Origin: an uncultured Desulfovibrio sp.
GTDB taxonomy: Bacteria; Desulfobacterota; Desulfovibrionia; Desulfovibrionales; Desulfovibrionaceae
Direction: 5' to 3'
Length of the DNA: 64,000 nt
Assembly (NCBI GenBank): GCA_913063155.1
Contig: CAJXYU010000009.1
Span: forward strand, 75,760-139,759
This document shows positions 18,124 through 27,850 of this stretch, in pieces; position 1 is the first letter of the stretch, and each line of letters opens with the position of its first letter. The translations under genes and the position numbers were made by a program. The notes under the pieces are model-generated. The model saw nothing but the letters and a program-made list of their open reading frames with translations. It was not told where the DNA came from and searched no databases.

Positions 18124-18852
18124 ATGGCAATGATCGAAGTTAGCAAACTTCACAAGTGGTATGGCGATTTCCATGTCCTGCAGGGCATTTCGGAAAAAGT
18201 GGAAAAGGGCGAGGTGCTGGTCATCTGCGGCCCGTCCGGTTCGGGCAAGAGCACGTTCATTCGCTGTATCAACCGTCTGGAGGAATACCAGAAAGGGACC
18301 ATTCTCTTTGACGGCAAGGATATCCATGACAAGAGCGTGAACATCAACAACCTGCGTGCCGAGATCGGCATCGTGTTTCAGCAGTTCAATCTTTACCCGC
18401 ATCTGACGGTTTTGAAGAACGTCACCCTGGCCCCAATCAAGGTCAAGGGTGTGGACAAGGACGAAGCCGAAAAGGTTGCCCTGTCTCTCCTGGAGCGTGT
18501 CGGCATCCACGACCAGGCCCACAAGTATCCCGCCGAACTTTCCGGCGGCCAGCAGCAGCGCGTCGCCATCGCCCGTTCCCTGGCCATGAAACCCAAGGTC
18601 ATGCTTTTTGACGAGCCCACTTCGGCCTTGGACCCGGAGATGATCAACGAAGTGCTTAACGTCATGAAGGACTTGGCCCGCGAAGGCATGACCATGCTCT
18701 GCGTGACTCACGAGATGGGCTTCGCCCGCGAAGTGGCGGACCGTGTCATCTTCATGGATGGCGGGGCGGTTGTCGAGCAGGCTCCGCCGGATGAATTCTT
18801 CAAGAATCCCAAGCATGAACGTACAAAGGCTTTCCTTAAGGAAATCCTGTAA
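18124..18852 (+). CDS. Polar amino-acid ABC transporter, ATP-binding protein (GlnQ/HisP type)
   Basis: Start moved to [14 protein letters not shown]. Walker [10 protein letters not shown], signature [13 protein letters not shown], Walker [12 protein letters not shown]. Confidence 0.95.
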   Translation: MAMIEVSKLHKWYGDFHVLQGISEKVEKGEVLVICGPSGSGKSTFIRCINRLEEYQKGTILFDGKDIHDKSVNINNLRAEIGIVFQQFNLYPHLTVLKNVTLAPIKVKGVDKDEAEKVALSLLERVGIHDQAHKYPAELSGGQQQRVAIARSLAMKPKVMLFDEPTSALDPEMINEVLNVMKDLAREGMTMLCVTHEMGFAREVADRVIFMDGGAVVEQAPPDEFFKNPKHERTKAFLKEIL

Positions 18853-18903
18853 TACATCCCGCGACTGCGGATAAAAGTAACAACAATCTGAGGAGGTTGT
18901 AAG

Positions 18904-19791
18904 ATGCTGAAGACGTTCGCCAAACGGTTGATGCCTCTGATGGCGGCCATTATGTTGCTGGCGTTTATGGGCTGCTCCCAGGCCCCCGACAAGGCCGCTC
19001 CCAAGGCCGACAAGGACGCTCCGTCCGAGCAGGCCGCTTCCAAGGATCGCCTGGAAGCCATCAAGGGAAAAGGCGTACTGGTCGTCGGCGTCAAGGACGC
19101 TGTCGTGCCGTTCGGCTATGTTGATGAAAAAACCAACCAGATCATCGGCTTTGACGTGGACGTCTGCAAGTACATCGCCGACGAACTGGGCGTGAAGCTC
19201 GACGTCAAGGCTGTTACTTCCGCAACCCGCATTCCCATGGTCGCTCAGGGCTCCATCGACATCGCCGCCGCGACCATGACTCACAAATTGTCCCGCGACG
19301 ACGTCATCGACTTCTCCATCACCTATTTCATGGATGGTCAGAAGATTCTTGTCGCCAAGGACAGCGGCATCAACTCCGTGGCTGATCTGGCCGGCAAGAA
19401 GGTCGGCACCGCCAAGGGGTCCACCTCCGAAAAGAACATCAAGGCCGCGCAACCCGATTGCACCGTGCTTTCCTTTGAGGGCTACCCGCAGGCCTTCCTG
19501 GCCCTGAAGCAGGGCAAGGTCGCCGCCGTGACCACCGACTCCACCATTCTGCTGGGGCTCAAGAACTCCGACGAAAATCCGGACAACTGGGTCATCGCCG
19601 GCGACTACATCTCCGCTGAACCCTATGGTCTCGGCCTGCCCGAAAATGAATCCAACTTCCGTGACTTCGTCAACGCCACACTCATGAAGATGTGGCGCAC
19701 CGGCGATTACAAGAAGACCTACAACAAATGGTTCGGCAAGGACACCAAGTACTATCTGCCTCTTACCTGGCAGATGGAACTGTGGCCGTAA
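18904..19791 (+). CDS. Amino-acid ABC transporter substrate-binding lipoprotein (family 3)
   Basis: 295 aa with a lipobox (LLAFMGCS) and family-3 SBP sequence (GFDVDVCKYIADELG). Confidence 0.9.
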   Translation: MLKTFAKRLMPLMAAIMLLAFMGCSQAPDKAAPKADKDAPSEQAASKDRLEAIKGKGVLVVGVKDAVVPFGYVDEKTNQIIGFDVDVCKYIADELGVKLDVKAVTSATRIPMVAQGSIDIAAATMTHKLSRDDVIDFSITYFMDGQKILVAKDSGINSVADLAGKKVGTAKGSTSEKNIKAAQPDCTVLSFEGYPQAFLALKQGKVAAVTTDSTILLGLKNSDENPDNWVIAGDYISAEPYGLGLPENESNFRDFVNATLMKMWRTGDYKKTYNKWFGKDTKYYLPLTWQMELWP

Positions 19792-19821
19792 GCCGCGCCT
19801 GCTTTTAGCTTGTGAGTAAAC

Positions 19822-19846
19822 GGGGCGCGCCTTCTGGGCGCGCCCC
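19822..19846 (+). other. Intercistronic GC hairpin between the binding-protein and permease genes
   Basis: ggggcgcgcc (19822-19831) pairs with ggcgcgcccc (19837-19846). No T-tract. Confidence 0.4.
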
Positions 19847-19855
19847 TCAAACGGA

Positions 19856-20569
19856 ATGGATCGGGCTTTGAATTATCAATTTGATTGGCAACTCGTCTTG
19901 TCTGGGGAATACGCGGACTGGCTGGTGAGCGGTGTCATCACGACGCTGGAGATCTCGGCCTTGTCGCTTCTGCTCGCCATGCTGCTCGGCACCATCGTGG
20001 CGGTCATGCGCATGACCAAGTTCAAGCCGCTGGAGTGGGTCGGCCTGGCCTTTACGGAGTTTTTCCGGAACACGCCGCTGCTCGTGCAGATTTATTTCTG
20101 GTATTACGGCTCCAACCAGGTGCTGCCGGAAGCCGTGAACAAATGGCTCTATGCCCATGACTTCGAGTTTGCCGCAGGCGTCATCGCCCTGACCGTCTAC
20201 ACCGCCGCGTTCATCGCCGAGGAAATCCGTTCCGGCATCTACAGTATTCCCAAGAACCAGCTTGAGGCGTCTCGTGCGGGCGGCCTGTCCTTCATTCAGG
20301 CCTATCGCTACGTGATCCTCCCCCAGGCTTTCCGGATCATCATTCCGCCGCTCATCTCCCAATCCCTGAACCTGATCAAGAACTCGTCCCTGGTCATGGT
20401 CATAGGGGTCATGGATATCTTCTACATGGCGCGGCAGATCGAATCCTACAGCTTCCATGGTTTCGAGGCCTTTACCGTGGCCACCTTGATCTATCTGTCC
20501 ATCTCGCTTGTGGTGTCGTTGTGCATCAACCTCTACAACAAGCATTTCCTGAGACAAATTTCGTACTAG
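19856..20569 (+). CDS. Amino-acid ABC transporter permease
   Basis: 237 aa of the His/Glu/Gln/Arg/opine permease family (FRNTPLLVQIYFWYY, EASRAGGLSFIQAYRYVILPQA). Confidence 0.9.
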   Translation: MDRALNYQFDWQLVLSGEYADWLVSGVITTLEISALSLLLAMLLGTIVAVMRMTKFKPLEWVGLAFTEFFRNTPLLVQIYFWYYGSNQVLPEAVNKWLYAHDFEFAAGVIALTVYTAAFIAEEIRSGIYSIPKNQLEASRAGGLSFIQAYRYVILPQAFRIIIPPLISQSLNLIKNSSLVMVIGVMDIFYMARQIESYSFHGFEAFTVATLIYLSISLVVSLCINLYNKHFLRQISY

Positions 20570-20581
20570 TGGGAGCCCGCC

Positions 20582-21277
20582 ATGCGTTTTGATCCGGTAA
20601 TAAAGAATTTCGATTATTTCCTCTGGGGGGCGTTTCCCGAAGGGCCGCTGGGTGGTCTGGCCATGACCATCCTGTTGGCCGCCGTCTCCATTTTTCTGGC
20701 CTTCTGGGTCGGCCTCGTGTTCGGCTTGATGCGCAACAGCAAGAACAGGATCGTCCGTTACGTGGCCATGGTTTACATTGAGGTGGTGCGTGGGACGCCG
20801 CTTCTGCTGCTTATTTTCTGGTTCTACTTCCTGGCTCCGGTCATCGTGGGGTATTCCGTGCCCGAGTTGCAGACCACGGTGGTCGCTCTGGTGGTATTCA
20901 CCGGTGCCTATATCGCCGAGATCGTGCGCGCGGGCATTCTGGCTTTGCCGAAGGGGCAGATGGAAGCGGCTCGCGGCTCCGGCCTTTCGCACATCCAAGC
21001 CATGCGTTTCGTGATCCTGCCGCAGTCCCTGCGCAACATGATTCCGTCCTTCGTGAACCAGTTTGTGTCCCTGACCAAGGACACCTCCCTGGCGTCCACC
21101 ATCGGCGTGCTTGAGTTGACCCGCTGCGCCGAGCAGGTCAGCAACAGGACTCTGACGGCCCCCATGGAAATATATCTGACTATCCTGGTCATGTATTTTC
21201 TGATCTGTTATGTCTTGACTTCGTACAGCCGTAAGTTAGAAAAACAGCTGTCACGATACCAAGCAAGGGACCGCTAA
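20582..21277 (+). CDS. Amino-acid ABC transporter permease
   Basis: 231 aa of the same family (VRGTPLLLLIFWFYF, EAARGSGLSHIQAMRFVILPQS). Confidence 0.9.
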   Translation: MRFDPVIKNFDYFLWGAFPEGPLGGLAMTILLAAVSIFLAFWVGLVFGLMRNSKNRIVRYVAMVYIEVVRGTPLLLLIFWFYFLAPVIVGYSVPELQTTVVALVVFTGAYIAEIVRAGILALPKGQMEAARGSGLSHIQAMRFVILPQSLRNMIPSFVNQFVSLTKDTSLASTIGVLELTRCAEQVSNRTLTAPMEIYLTILVMYFLICYVLTSYSRKLEKQLSRYQARDR

Positions 21278-21949
21278 ATGACCAAAAATCAGTCGGATTT
21301 CGCCAAAAAGATAGAGTATGCGCTGCTCAGGCCCGAAGCCACGGCGGCAGACGTGGACACGGTCTGTTCTCAGGCCGTGCGCCTGGGATGTTACGGAGTG
21401 GTGGTCAACCCGGTGCATATCAAGCTGGCCACCTGGCTGCTCAAGAACGAAAAACCGCTGCCCATCTGCACGGTGAGCTATCCCACCGGCGCGACCCTGC
21501 CGAGGGTCAAGGCCTTTGAGGCGAAAGAAGCGGTTAAGCTCGGTGCGCGCGAAATCAGTATGGTTCTGGACCTGGCAGCCTTCCTGGCTGACGACCACAA
21601 GACCGTGACCCAGAGCATTCAGGGCGTCATCACCGCCACAAAAGGCGAGGTTCCGGTGAAGGTCGTTGTGGAGGCCGGGTTGCTCTCTCCCGAGCAGGTG
21701 GTCTCTGCGGGCAAGCTGTGCGTGGAAGCCGGGGCAAAATACGTGGTCACTTCCAGCGGCTACGGCCGGGAAAGGGTCATGGTTTCCCAGGTACGCCAGT
21801 TGCGCAAGGCCGTGGGACCGGACGTGGGCATCATCGCCTGCGGCGGTATCCGGGGGTACAAGGACGCCATGGCCATGATCGAAGCCGGTGCCGACCGCAT
21901 CGGTTCCTCCGCGGCGCCCGCAATCCTGGGCGTTTCCACCGCATCATGA
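21278..21949 (+). CDS. DeoC/LacD-family aldolase-like protein lacking the canonical Schiff-base lysine
   Basis: 223 aa, clearly collinear with deoxyribose-phosphate aldolases (LLRPEATAADV, VVNPVHIK, VKVVVEAGLL). It has AGAKYVVTSSGYG where DERA has GADF(I/V)KTSTG, and GIIACGGIR where DERA has G(F/V)K(P/A)(A/S)GGVR. TAAATG junction with the upstream permease gene. Confidence 0.75.
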   Translation: MTKNQSDFAKKIEYALLRPEATAADVDTVCSQAVRLGCYGVVVNPVHIKLATWLLKNEKPLPICTVSYPTGATLPRVKAFEAKEAVKLGAREISMVLDLAAFLADDHKTVTQSIQGVITATKGEVPVKVVVEAGLLSPEQVVSAGKLCVEAGAKYVVTSSGYGRERVMVSQVRQLRKAVGPDVGIIACGGIRGYKDAMAMIEAGADRIGSSAAPAILGVSTAS

Positions 21950-22590
21950 CCGGCGACATCATCATCCGGCAGGTCTCTCCGGAAGCCATAGAGACCGAAT
22001 CCTTTCGTATCATAGATTCCGAGGTGCCCGAGCCGCGCCCGTTCCAGGGCGTGCAGTGGGAGATCGTGCGCCGCATGATCCATACCACGGCCGACTTTGA
22101 AATGCTCGACATCGTCCGCTTTGGTGGCGACGCCGTGGAGGCCGGGCTCAAAGCCCTGGAGCAGGGCTGCACCATTGTCACGGACACGGAAATGGCCCGC
22201 CGCGGTATTCCCGTGCGCCGTATGGACCCTCTTGGGTGTGAAGTGCAATGCCTCATGAACGACGGGCGTGTCACCGACCTGGCACGTTCCCACGGCACCA
22301 CCCGTGCGTTTGCTGCCGTGGATGTGGCAGTGGGCGCCATCGCCCCCGCCATTTGGGTCATCGGCAATGCGCCTACGGCTCTCATGCGGCTGGTGGAGCA
22401 CATCACGGAAGGCCGAGCAGCCCCCATGCTGGTGGTGGGTATGCCGGTCGGCTTTGTCAACGCCTCGGAATCCAAGGAGTTGCTCATGCAGCTCGATACG
22501 CCCTTTATCTCCATCAAGGGCAGAAAAGGCGGCTCTCCCCTGGCTGCCTGCGTCATAAATGCGCTCGCCGACGTGATCCTCAGAAGATAA
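21946..22590 (+). CDS. cbiC: Precorrin-8X / cobalt-precorrin-8 methylmutase
   Basis: Start at MTGDIIIRQ (ATGA overlap with the previous gene). CbiC/CobH-type sequence: IETESFRII, IGNAPTAL, VGMPVGFVNASESK, GRKGGSPLA. Confidence 0.85.
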   Translation: MTGDIIIRQVSPEAIETESFRIIDSEVPEPRPFQGVQWEIVRRMIHTTADFEMLDIVRFGGDAVEAGLKALEQGCTIVTDTEMARRGIPVRRMDPLGCEVQCLMNDGRVTDLARSHGTTRAFAAVDVAVGAIAPAIWVIGNAPTALMRLVEHITEGRAAPMLVVGMPVGFVNASESKELLMQLDTPFISIKGRKGGSPLAACVINALADVILRR

Positions 22591-22706
22591 TTCATCAATA
22601 AAAATTCCATATCTCTTGCTTTACACACCTTGCGGTGCTAGGTGCGAATCCTATATGTAACGGTTACCTAGCAGTAACGTTTAACTTTTCCATTTGGAAC
22701 GAGGTT

Positions 22707-22940
22707 ATGGCCAAAAACAGCAAGGGACAAAGTAAAATTACAGTCTATCCGGACTGGTGCAAGGGCTGTGGCGTCTGCGTCGAGTTCTGTCCGAAAAAGG
22801 TTTTGGAGCTTGATGTGCATGGGAAGAGTTCGGTCGTCCGTGAAGATGACTGCATTCACTGTGGTTTCTGCGAACTGCATTGCCCTGATTTCGCCATCGT
22901 GGTGACCGACAAGAAACCAGGGGATTCCAACAACTCCTAA
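22707..22940 (+). CDS. korD: 2-oxoacid:ferredoxin oxidoreductase delta subunit (2x4Fe-4S ferredoxin)
   Basis: 77 aa from MAKNSKG. Motifs CKGCGVCVEFCP and CIHCGFCELHCP. Precedes the alpha, beta and gamma subunit genes. Confidence 0.8.
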   Translation: MAKNSKGQSKITVYPDWCKGCGVCVEFCPKKVLELDVHGKSSVVREDDCIHCGFCELHCPDFAIVVTDKKPGDSNNS

Positions 22941-22961
22941 GAACCGAGGAATTGCAAGCTC

Positions 22962-24107
22962 ATGCCGAGACGCAAGAAGCACAAGGAAATTTTCGCTCAA
23001 GGCAACGAAGCGGTTGTCGAGGGTGCATTGATGGCCGGATGCTCCTTTTATGGAGGTTATCCCATCACACCGTCGTCCGAGATCATGGAGATAATGGCGA
23101 ATCGCCTGCCCCTGACCGAGGACGGCGTTTTTATTCAGCTTGAGGATGAAATTGCATCCATGGGGGCCGTGATCGGTGCGTCTTTGGCCGGGCGTAAGGC
23201 CATGACCGCCACCTCCGGGCCCGGTTTCTCCCTCAAGCAGGAAAACCTGGGGTACGCGTGCATGGCCGAAGCTCCACTGGTGTTGGTCAACGTCATGCGC
23301 GGGGGGCCGAGCACCGGACTGCCTACCAGCCCGGCCCAGGGCGATGTGCAGCAGGCCCGCTGGGGAACCCATGGAGACCACCCCATTATAGTGCTCTCCG
23401 CTTCCGATGTTCAGGAATGTCTGGAAATGAGTATCACGGCCTTCAACATGGCCGAAAAATACCGCACTCCGGTCATTTTGCTTATTGACGAGATTACGGC
23501 GCATACCCGTGAGAAAATCAAGATCCCGCATCCCAACGAATACGAGGTGGTTTCCCGTATCGTGCCGTCCATGCCGCCCGAATGGTACAAGCCGTTCGAA
23601 GAGACCGTGCGCGGCGTGGCGCCCATGCCGCCCCTCGGTTCCGGCTATCGTTTTCATGTCACCGGACTGACCCATGATGTGAATGGATTTCCCACGTCTC
23701 GTCCCGACGAGGTGGTGGACCTGATGGAGCGGCTGCATCGCAAGATCGACCAGTTCTTCTACGATATTCAGCTTTACGAGGAATTGCAGACCGATGACGC
23801 GGAGGTGGTGGTCATTGCCTACGGCAGTGTGGCCCGCTCCGCGGAATATGCCGTGCTGCAGGCCCGTGAGGCAGGGGTCAAGGCCGGGCTTCTCAAGCTC
23901 AAGACCCTGTTTCCGTATCCGCGCCGGGCAACGGAGAAGATTCTCGGACAGGCCGGCAGGCTTGTGGTGCCCGAGATGAACATGGGGCAGATGTCCCGCG
24001 AGGTGAAACGCGTCGCCTGCGGCAGGGCCTCCATCCGCACCATCAACCGTATTGACGGGCAGATCATCGCTCCGTCCGAAATCCTCAAGGTCATCATGCA
24101 GGGGTAG
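22962..24107 (+). CDS. korA: 2-oxoglutarate/2-oxoacid:ferredoxin oxidoreductase alpha subunit
   Basis: 381 aa (GNEAVVEGALMAGCSFYGGYPITPSSEI, TATSGPGFSL). Confidence 0.9.
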   Translation: MPRRKKHKEIFAQGNEAVVEGALMAGCSFYGGYPITPSSEIMEIMANRLPLTEDGVFIQLEDEIASMGAVIGASLAGRKAMTATSGPGFSLKQENLGYACMAEAPLVLVNVMRGGPSTGLPTSPAQGDVQQARWGTHGDHPIIVLSASDVQECLEMSITAFNMAEKYRTPVILLIDEITAHTREKIKIPHPNEYEVVSRIVPSMPPEWYKPFEETVRGVAPMPPLGSGYRFHVTGLTHDVNGFPTSRPDEVVDLMERLHRKIDQFFYDIQLYEELQTDDAEVVVIAYGSVARSAEYAVLQAREAGVKAGLLKLKTLFPYPRRATEKILGQAGRLVVPEMNMGQMSREVKRVACGRASIRTINRIDGQIIAPSEILKVIMQG

Positions 24108-24109
24108 CC

Positions 24110-24952
24110 ATGACAATAACCGGCAATGAAATCATTCATCAGTACCTGAGGCACAACAAGAAGTTCCCGCATGTGCTTTGCGCCGGCTGCGGCCACGGTA
24201 TCGTGCTTGGAACCCTGATCCGCAGCGTCCATCAGCTCGGCCTGCCCAAGGATGACGTGGTCATCGTGGCGGGCATAGGCTGTTCCGGCAGGCTGGCGGT
24301 TTATGTGGATTTCAATACCATTCACACCACTCACGGCCGCGCCCTGACCTTCGCTACCGGCGTCAAGATGGCCAACCCCAAGCTCAAGGTCATCTGCATC
24401 ATGGGAGACGGCGACGCGCTGTCCATCGGCGGCAACCACATGATTCACGCGGCCCGACGTAATATCGGCGTTACCGCATTGGTGCTCAACAACAACATCT
24501 ACGGCATGACGGGCGGGCAAAGCTCTCCGGCCACTCCCATGGGCTCGGTTTCCATGACCGCTCCGTTCGGGCAGTTGGAAAAGAACTTTGATACCGTGGC
24601 CCTGGCCAGCGGGGCTGGAGCCAATTACGTGGCTCGCGGCACGGTCTTCCACGTCCGGAAGCTGGAGAAGCTCATGGTCAAGGCCATCGAACGCCCGGGC
24701 TTCAATATGCTGGAGATAATCACTCCCTGTCACACCCAGTTCGGTCGCAAGAACAAGTACAAGACTCCTGTGGACATGTACAAGTGGATCAAATCCAATG
24801 CCGTCGACATCGAGCGTTTCAACGAGATCGACGAGGGAAAACGGGGAGAGAAATTCCCCATCGGCACCTTTGTGGAGCGCGATCTGTCCGGCCTGGAGGA
24901 GCGGTACTACAAGCTCAAGGCGGAAATGCGCAAGGCCAGGGGAGAGAAATAG
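24110..24952 (+). CDS. korB: 2-oxoglutarate/2-oxoacid:ferredoxin oxidoreductase beta subunit (TPP-binding)
   Basis: 280 aa (CAGCGHG, GIGCSGR, GDGDALSIGGNH). Confidence 0.9.
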   Translation: MTITGNEIIHQYLRHNKKFPHVLCAGCGHGIVLGTLIRSVHQLGLPKDDVVIVAGIGCSGRLAVYVDFNTIHTTHGRALTFATGVKMANPKLKVICIMGDGDALSIGGNHMIHAARRNIGVTALVLNNNIYGMTGGQSSPATPMGSVSMTAPFGQLEKNFDTVALASGAGANYVARGTVFHVRKLEKLMVKAIERPGFNMLEIITPCHTQFGRKNKYKTPVDMYKWIKSNAVDIERFNEIDEGKRGEKFPIGTFVERDLSGLEERYYKLKAEMRKARGEK

Positions 24953-25594
24953 ATGAAGAACCAGATAGACTTGCAACGATTCGAGATCAGGTTTTCCGGG
25001 CTCGGCGGACAGGGAATTATCACTCTTGGCCGGGTCATGGGGGCAGGGTTGGCTTTGGGGCACGGTTATAATGTGACCCAGACCCAGAGCTATGGTCCTG
25101 AAGCCCGCGGCGGTTCCAGCCGTTGCGATCTGGTGATCAGCACTGAGCGCATCAGTTTCCCGAAGGCCGAAAACCTGGACCTGCTGGTGGCTTTGTCACA
25201 GGAGGCGTGTAACACTTATTATCCATACCTCAAGCAGGGCGGGGTGTTGGTCTTGGAGTCCGATCTTGTGGCCCAGCCCCCCACCAACCACTATCTGGCG
25301 CTGCCGTTCACCAGGATGGCCAAGGACAAAATAGGTGTGCCGCAGGCCATGAACACCATTGTACTCGGTGCGCTTTCCCGTTTGTTGCCGTTCGCCAGGC
25401 AGACCGTCATGCGCAAGAGTATGGAGGAAGCCTTGCCGGCCAAGATCAGGGCCGTGAACGTCAAGGCCTTCAACCTGGGCTTCAGGGAGGCCAGGAAACA
25501 CTTCGGAGAGACGCCCGCGGCATGGGAAGCAATGGCGGCTGAGGCGGAAAAGCTGGAGAAGAAGGCCAAGCCGGCGGCCCAAAAGAAGAAATAA
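24953..25594 (+). CDS. korC: 2-oxoglutarate/2-oxoacid:ferredoxin oxidoreductase gamma subunit
   Basis: 213 aa (IRFSGLGGQGIITLG, SYGPEARGG). Confidence 0.9.
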   Translation: MKNQIDLQRFEIRFSGLGGQGIITLGRVMGAGLALGHGYNVTQTQSYGPEARGGSSRCDLVISTERISFPKAENLDLLVALSQEACNTYYPYLKQGGVLVLESDLVAQPPTNHYLALPFTRMAKDKIGVPQAMNTIVLGALSRLLPFARQTVMRKSMEEALPAKIRAVNVKAFNLGFREARKHFGETPAAWEAMAAEAEKLEKKAKPAAQKKK

Positions 25595-25608
25595 GGTTCA
25601 AACGCGAG

Positions 25609-25637
25609 AAGGACCGCCGAGCGGCGGTCCTTTTTTT
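25609..25637 (+). terminator. Rho-independent terminator after korC
   Basis: aaggaccgcc (25609-25618) pairs with ggcggtcctt (25623-25632), followed by a T-run to 25637. Confidence 0.7.
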
Positions 25638-25778
25638 ATGCTCTCTGATTCCGGGGTCGGAAATGGGATTCCTGTTTGTCCGGCTTGCCTGTCCGGGGCT
25701 TGGGAGTGCTGGCAAAAGCGGAGAAGGCCTTTCGTGCGAAAGAAGTCGCCGACTTGGAGGAAATGGAAAGTTTGTTGC

Positions 25779-26099
25779 TCATGAGTTCGCACCCTGGTTT
25801 GTGTTGGCCTTGGTTTGGTTTTTTACGATGGATCGATAAAGGTGATTGTCCTTTCCTATTTCCAAAATCACGCACTCAAGGGCTTTGTCGAAATGCCGAC
25901 TGGCTTTGGCCGGGTTGTCGGATATCAGGGCTGCCAGGCCCAGATTGTTATGGATCTTGGCTTCGTTGAGCCTGGTTCGGAAGCTCTTGGCCTTGTCCAG
26001 CGCCTGGGACAGAAGGAACGTGGCGTTGCCTATATTCCCGTCGGACAGGGCTTTCATTCCCTCCCTGTTCAGTATTCCGAGTTCTCTTGCTGGGGTCAT
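25779..26099 (-). CDS. Small TPR-like repeat protein (hypothetical)
   Basis: 106 aa, helical-repeat-like (GNATFLLSQALDKA...HNNLGLAALISDNPAKASRHFDKAL). No closer assignment. Confidence 0.4.
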   Translation of the reverse strand: MTPARELGILNREGMKALSDGNIGNATFLLSQALDKAKSFRTRLNEAKIHNNLGLAALISDNPAKASRHFDKALECVILEIGKDNHLYRSIVKNQTKANTNQGANS

Positions 26100-26204
26100 G
26101 GGGGTTCTCCTCGTTGCGTTATCGCCATTGTGTTTTTAATGATATTGAGATTCAAAATCAATTTCAAGTCAAAAATAAAATAAAGTGGAAAATGCTCAGG
26201 CTGC

Positions 26205-26858
26205 TCAAAAAGTGTCTCGGACAGCAGGTTCCAATCCACCGCGTTTCTTCAGTTGGGGCAGGAGTTCGCGGACATTGTCGTTGATGGGGAGCGTCCAGCT
26301 TTTGCTGGAAATGACGACGTTGTCTTCAAGGCGGATGATTTTTGCGTTCATGTAAATGACGGTGTCGCCGATGTAATAGGTTCCAGTGAGCATGGCGGGC
26401 CTTGGGCTGACCTCTTTCCCGCTCTGGAAGAATCCGGTATCTTCCTCTGTTGCGTTATCCATTGCAATCTTGGCCGGCTTCACTGGCAACGGCTTCGGGG
26501 CTCCATCGGTGATGAGAAGGTTGTGCTGAGCAAGACGCGTAGCTACCTGCTTGGCGGTTACCCGGCCGAAGCGGGACGTGTCGTTCGGGTCCTGTTCGTT
26601 GGTGAAGTGGTGTACGTAGACGGGGGAGCCTTCGGGGAGTTCGTGATGTTGGCTGATGTTGTAGAACAGGCTGTCCGCTGCATCGCTGTTCAGTTCGATG
26701 ATGGGGGTGTCGTCCTCGGTGAACATGGGCCCGGATTTGGGTTCCCGATCGAACATGAAATCGTACGTGTCCTTGGCGCCCTCCTTGATGGTGGAGCAGC
26801 CCGCCATGAAAAGAGTCGCCAGAAGAGCGGCAGCAAGGAAGCAAACGTCGCGTTTCAT
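26205..26858 (-). CDS. Lipoprotein, FlgO-like
   Basis: 217 aa with a lipobox (LFMAGCS). The layout (VHHFTNEQD...SRFGRVTAKQVATRLAQ...LTGTYYIGDTVIYMNAKIIRLEDNVVISS) resembles FlgO-family lipoproteins as I remember them. Confidence 0.5.
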   Translation of the reverse strand: MKRDVCFLAAALLATLFMAGCSTIKEGAKDTYDFMFDREPKSGPMFTEDDTPIIELNSDAADSLFYNISQHHELPEGSPVYVHHFTNEQDPNDTSRFGRVTAKQVATRLAQHNLLITDGAPKPLPVKPAKIAMDNATEEDTGFFQSGKEVSPRPAMLTGTYYIGDTVIYMNAKIIRLEDNVVISSKSWTLPINDNVRELLPQLKKRGGLEPAVRDTF

Positions 26859-26943
26859 GCAATCATCCCAAGGTAATATGTTTTACTGTCGGAAGAATAC
26901 CATGGGGCGGATTTCATCTCCACCCCATGATATGATCGGCTGA

Positions 26944-27774
26944 CTAGTCCATATTCTTTAGGATTTCCGTGACGAGCGGAATCATGTCGGCCGAAGCCCT
27001 GTCCGCTTGTTCCAGTACCTGCTCGTGGGTGACTTCCTGGATGCAGTCGGGCAGGTTTTTGTTGGTCAGGCAGGAAATGCCCAAAACGCGCATGCCCATG
27101 TGATGGGCCACTATGGCTTCGGGCACGGTGGACATGCCCACGGCGTCCGCACCCAGGGCGCGGTACATTCGGGTTTCCGCCGGGGTTTCCAGGGTGGGGC
27201 CCATGACGGCCAGATAGGTGCCCGTTTCCATGCGGATGCCCAGACGCAGGGAACATTTCATGGCCAGTTCGCGAAGCCCCCTGTCGTAGACGCAGCCCAT
27301 GTCCGGGAACCGTTCGCCCCATTCGTCGTAGTTTTCGCCGCGCAGAGGATTGTGTCCTACCATGAAGTTGATATGGTCGTTGATGAGCATGGGGGACCCC
27401 ACGTCGAAAGTGGGGTTGACGGCGCCGGCGGCGTTGGTCAGCACCAGGGTGCGTACTCCTGCTTCCCACAGGGCGCGAACGGGGGTGGTTATTTCGCGGG
27501 CGCTGAAGCCTTCGTAGAGGTGGACGCGCCCGGCCATGGCGATGATCGGTTTGCCTTCCAGGGTACCCTGGATGAGCTTGCCCGCGTGTCCCTGAACCGT
27601 GGATGCCGGAAATCCGGGAATTTCGTCGTAGGGCAGTTCCACGCGTCCCTCAATGCGGTCGGTCAGGCCGCCCAGCCCGCTTCCGGTCACCATGGCCACG
27701 GTTCCGGCTTGTATTTTGTTCAACTTTTCTTGTATATACGTTGAAGTATGCTTTACTGATTCGTAGTAATTCAT
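26944..27774 (-). CDS. punA: Purine nucleoside phosphorylase (PunA type)
   Basis: 276 aa (GSGLGGL, IPGFPASTVQGHAGKL, GRVHLYEG, LTNAAGAVN, INDHINF). Confidence 0.9.
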   Translation of the reverse strand: MNYYESVKHTSTYIQEKLNKIQAGTVAMVTGSGLGGLTDRIEGRVELPYDEIPGFPASTVQGHAGKLIQGTLEGKPIIAMAGRVHLYEGFSAREITTPVRALWEAGVRTLVLTNAAGAVNPTFDVGSPMLINDHINFMVGHNPLRGENYDEWGERFPDMGCVYDRGLRELAMKCSLRLGIRMETGTYLAVMGPTLETPAETRMYRALGADAVGMSTVPEAIVAHHMGMRVLGISCLTNKNLPDCIQEVTHEQVLEQADRASADMIPLVTEILKNMD

Positions 27775-27850
27775 GCATAAACTCCTTTGATCGGACTTGG
27801 TGTCGCGATCGGGGATCGGTTATAGATAACAATTTAAGGTGCGGTAATTT

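Noticed and set aside
22657-22683. Direct repeat GTAACGGTTA / GTAACGTTTA upstream of korD, as a possible regulator site.
   Set aside because: Only two short copies, with no known motif matched. Too weak to call without comparative data.
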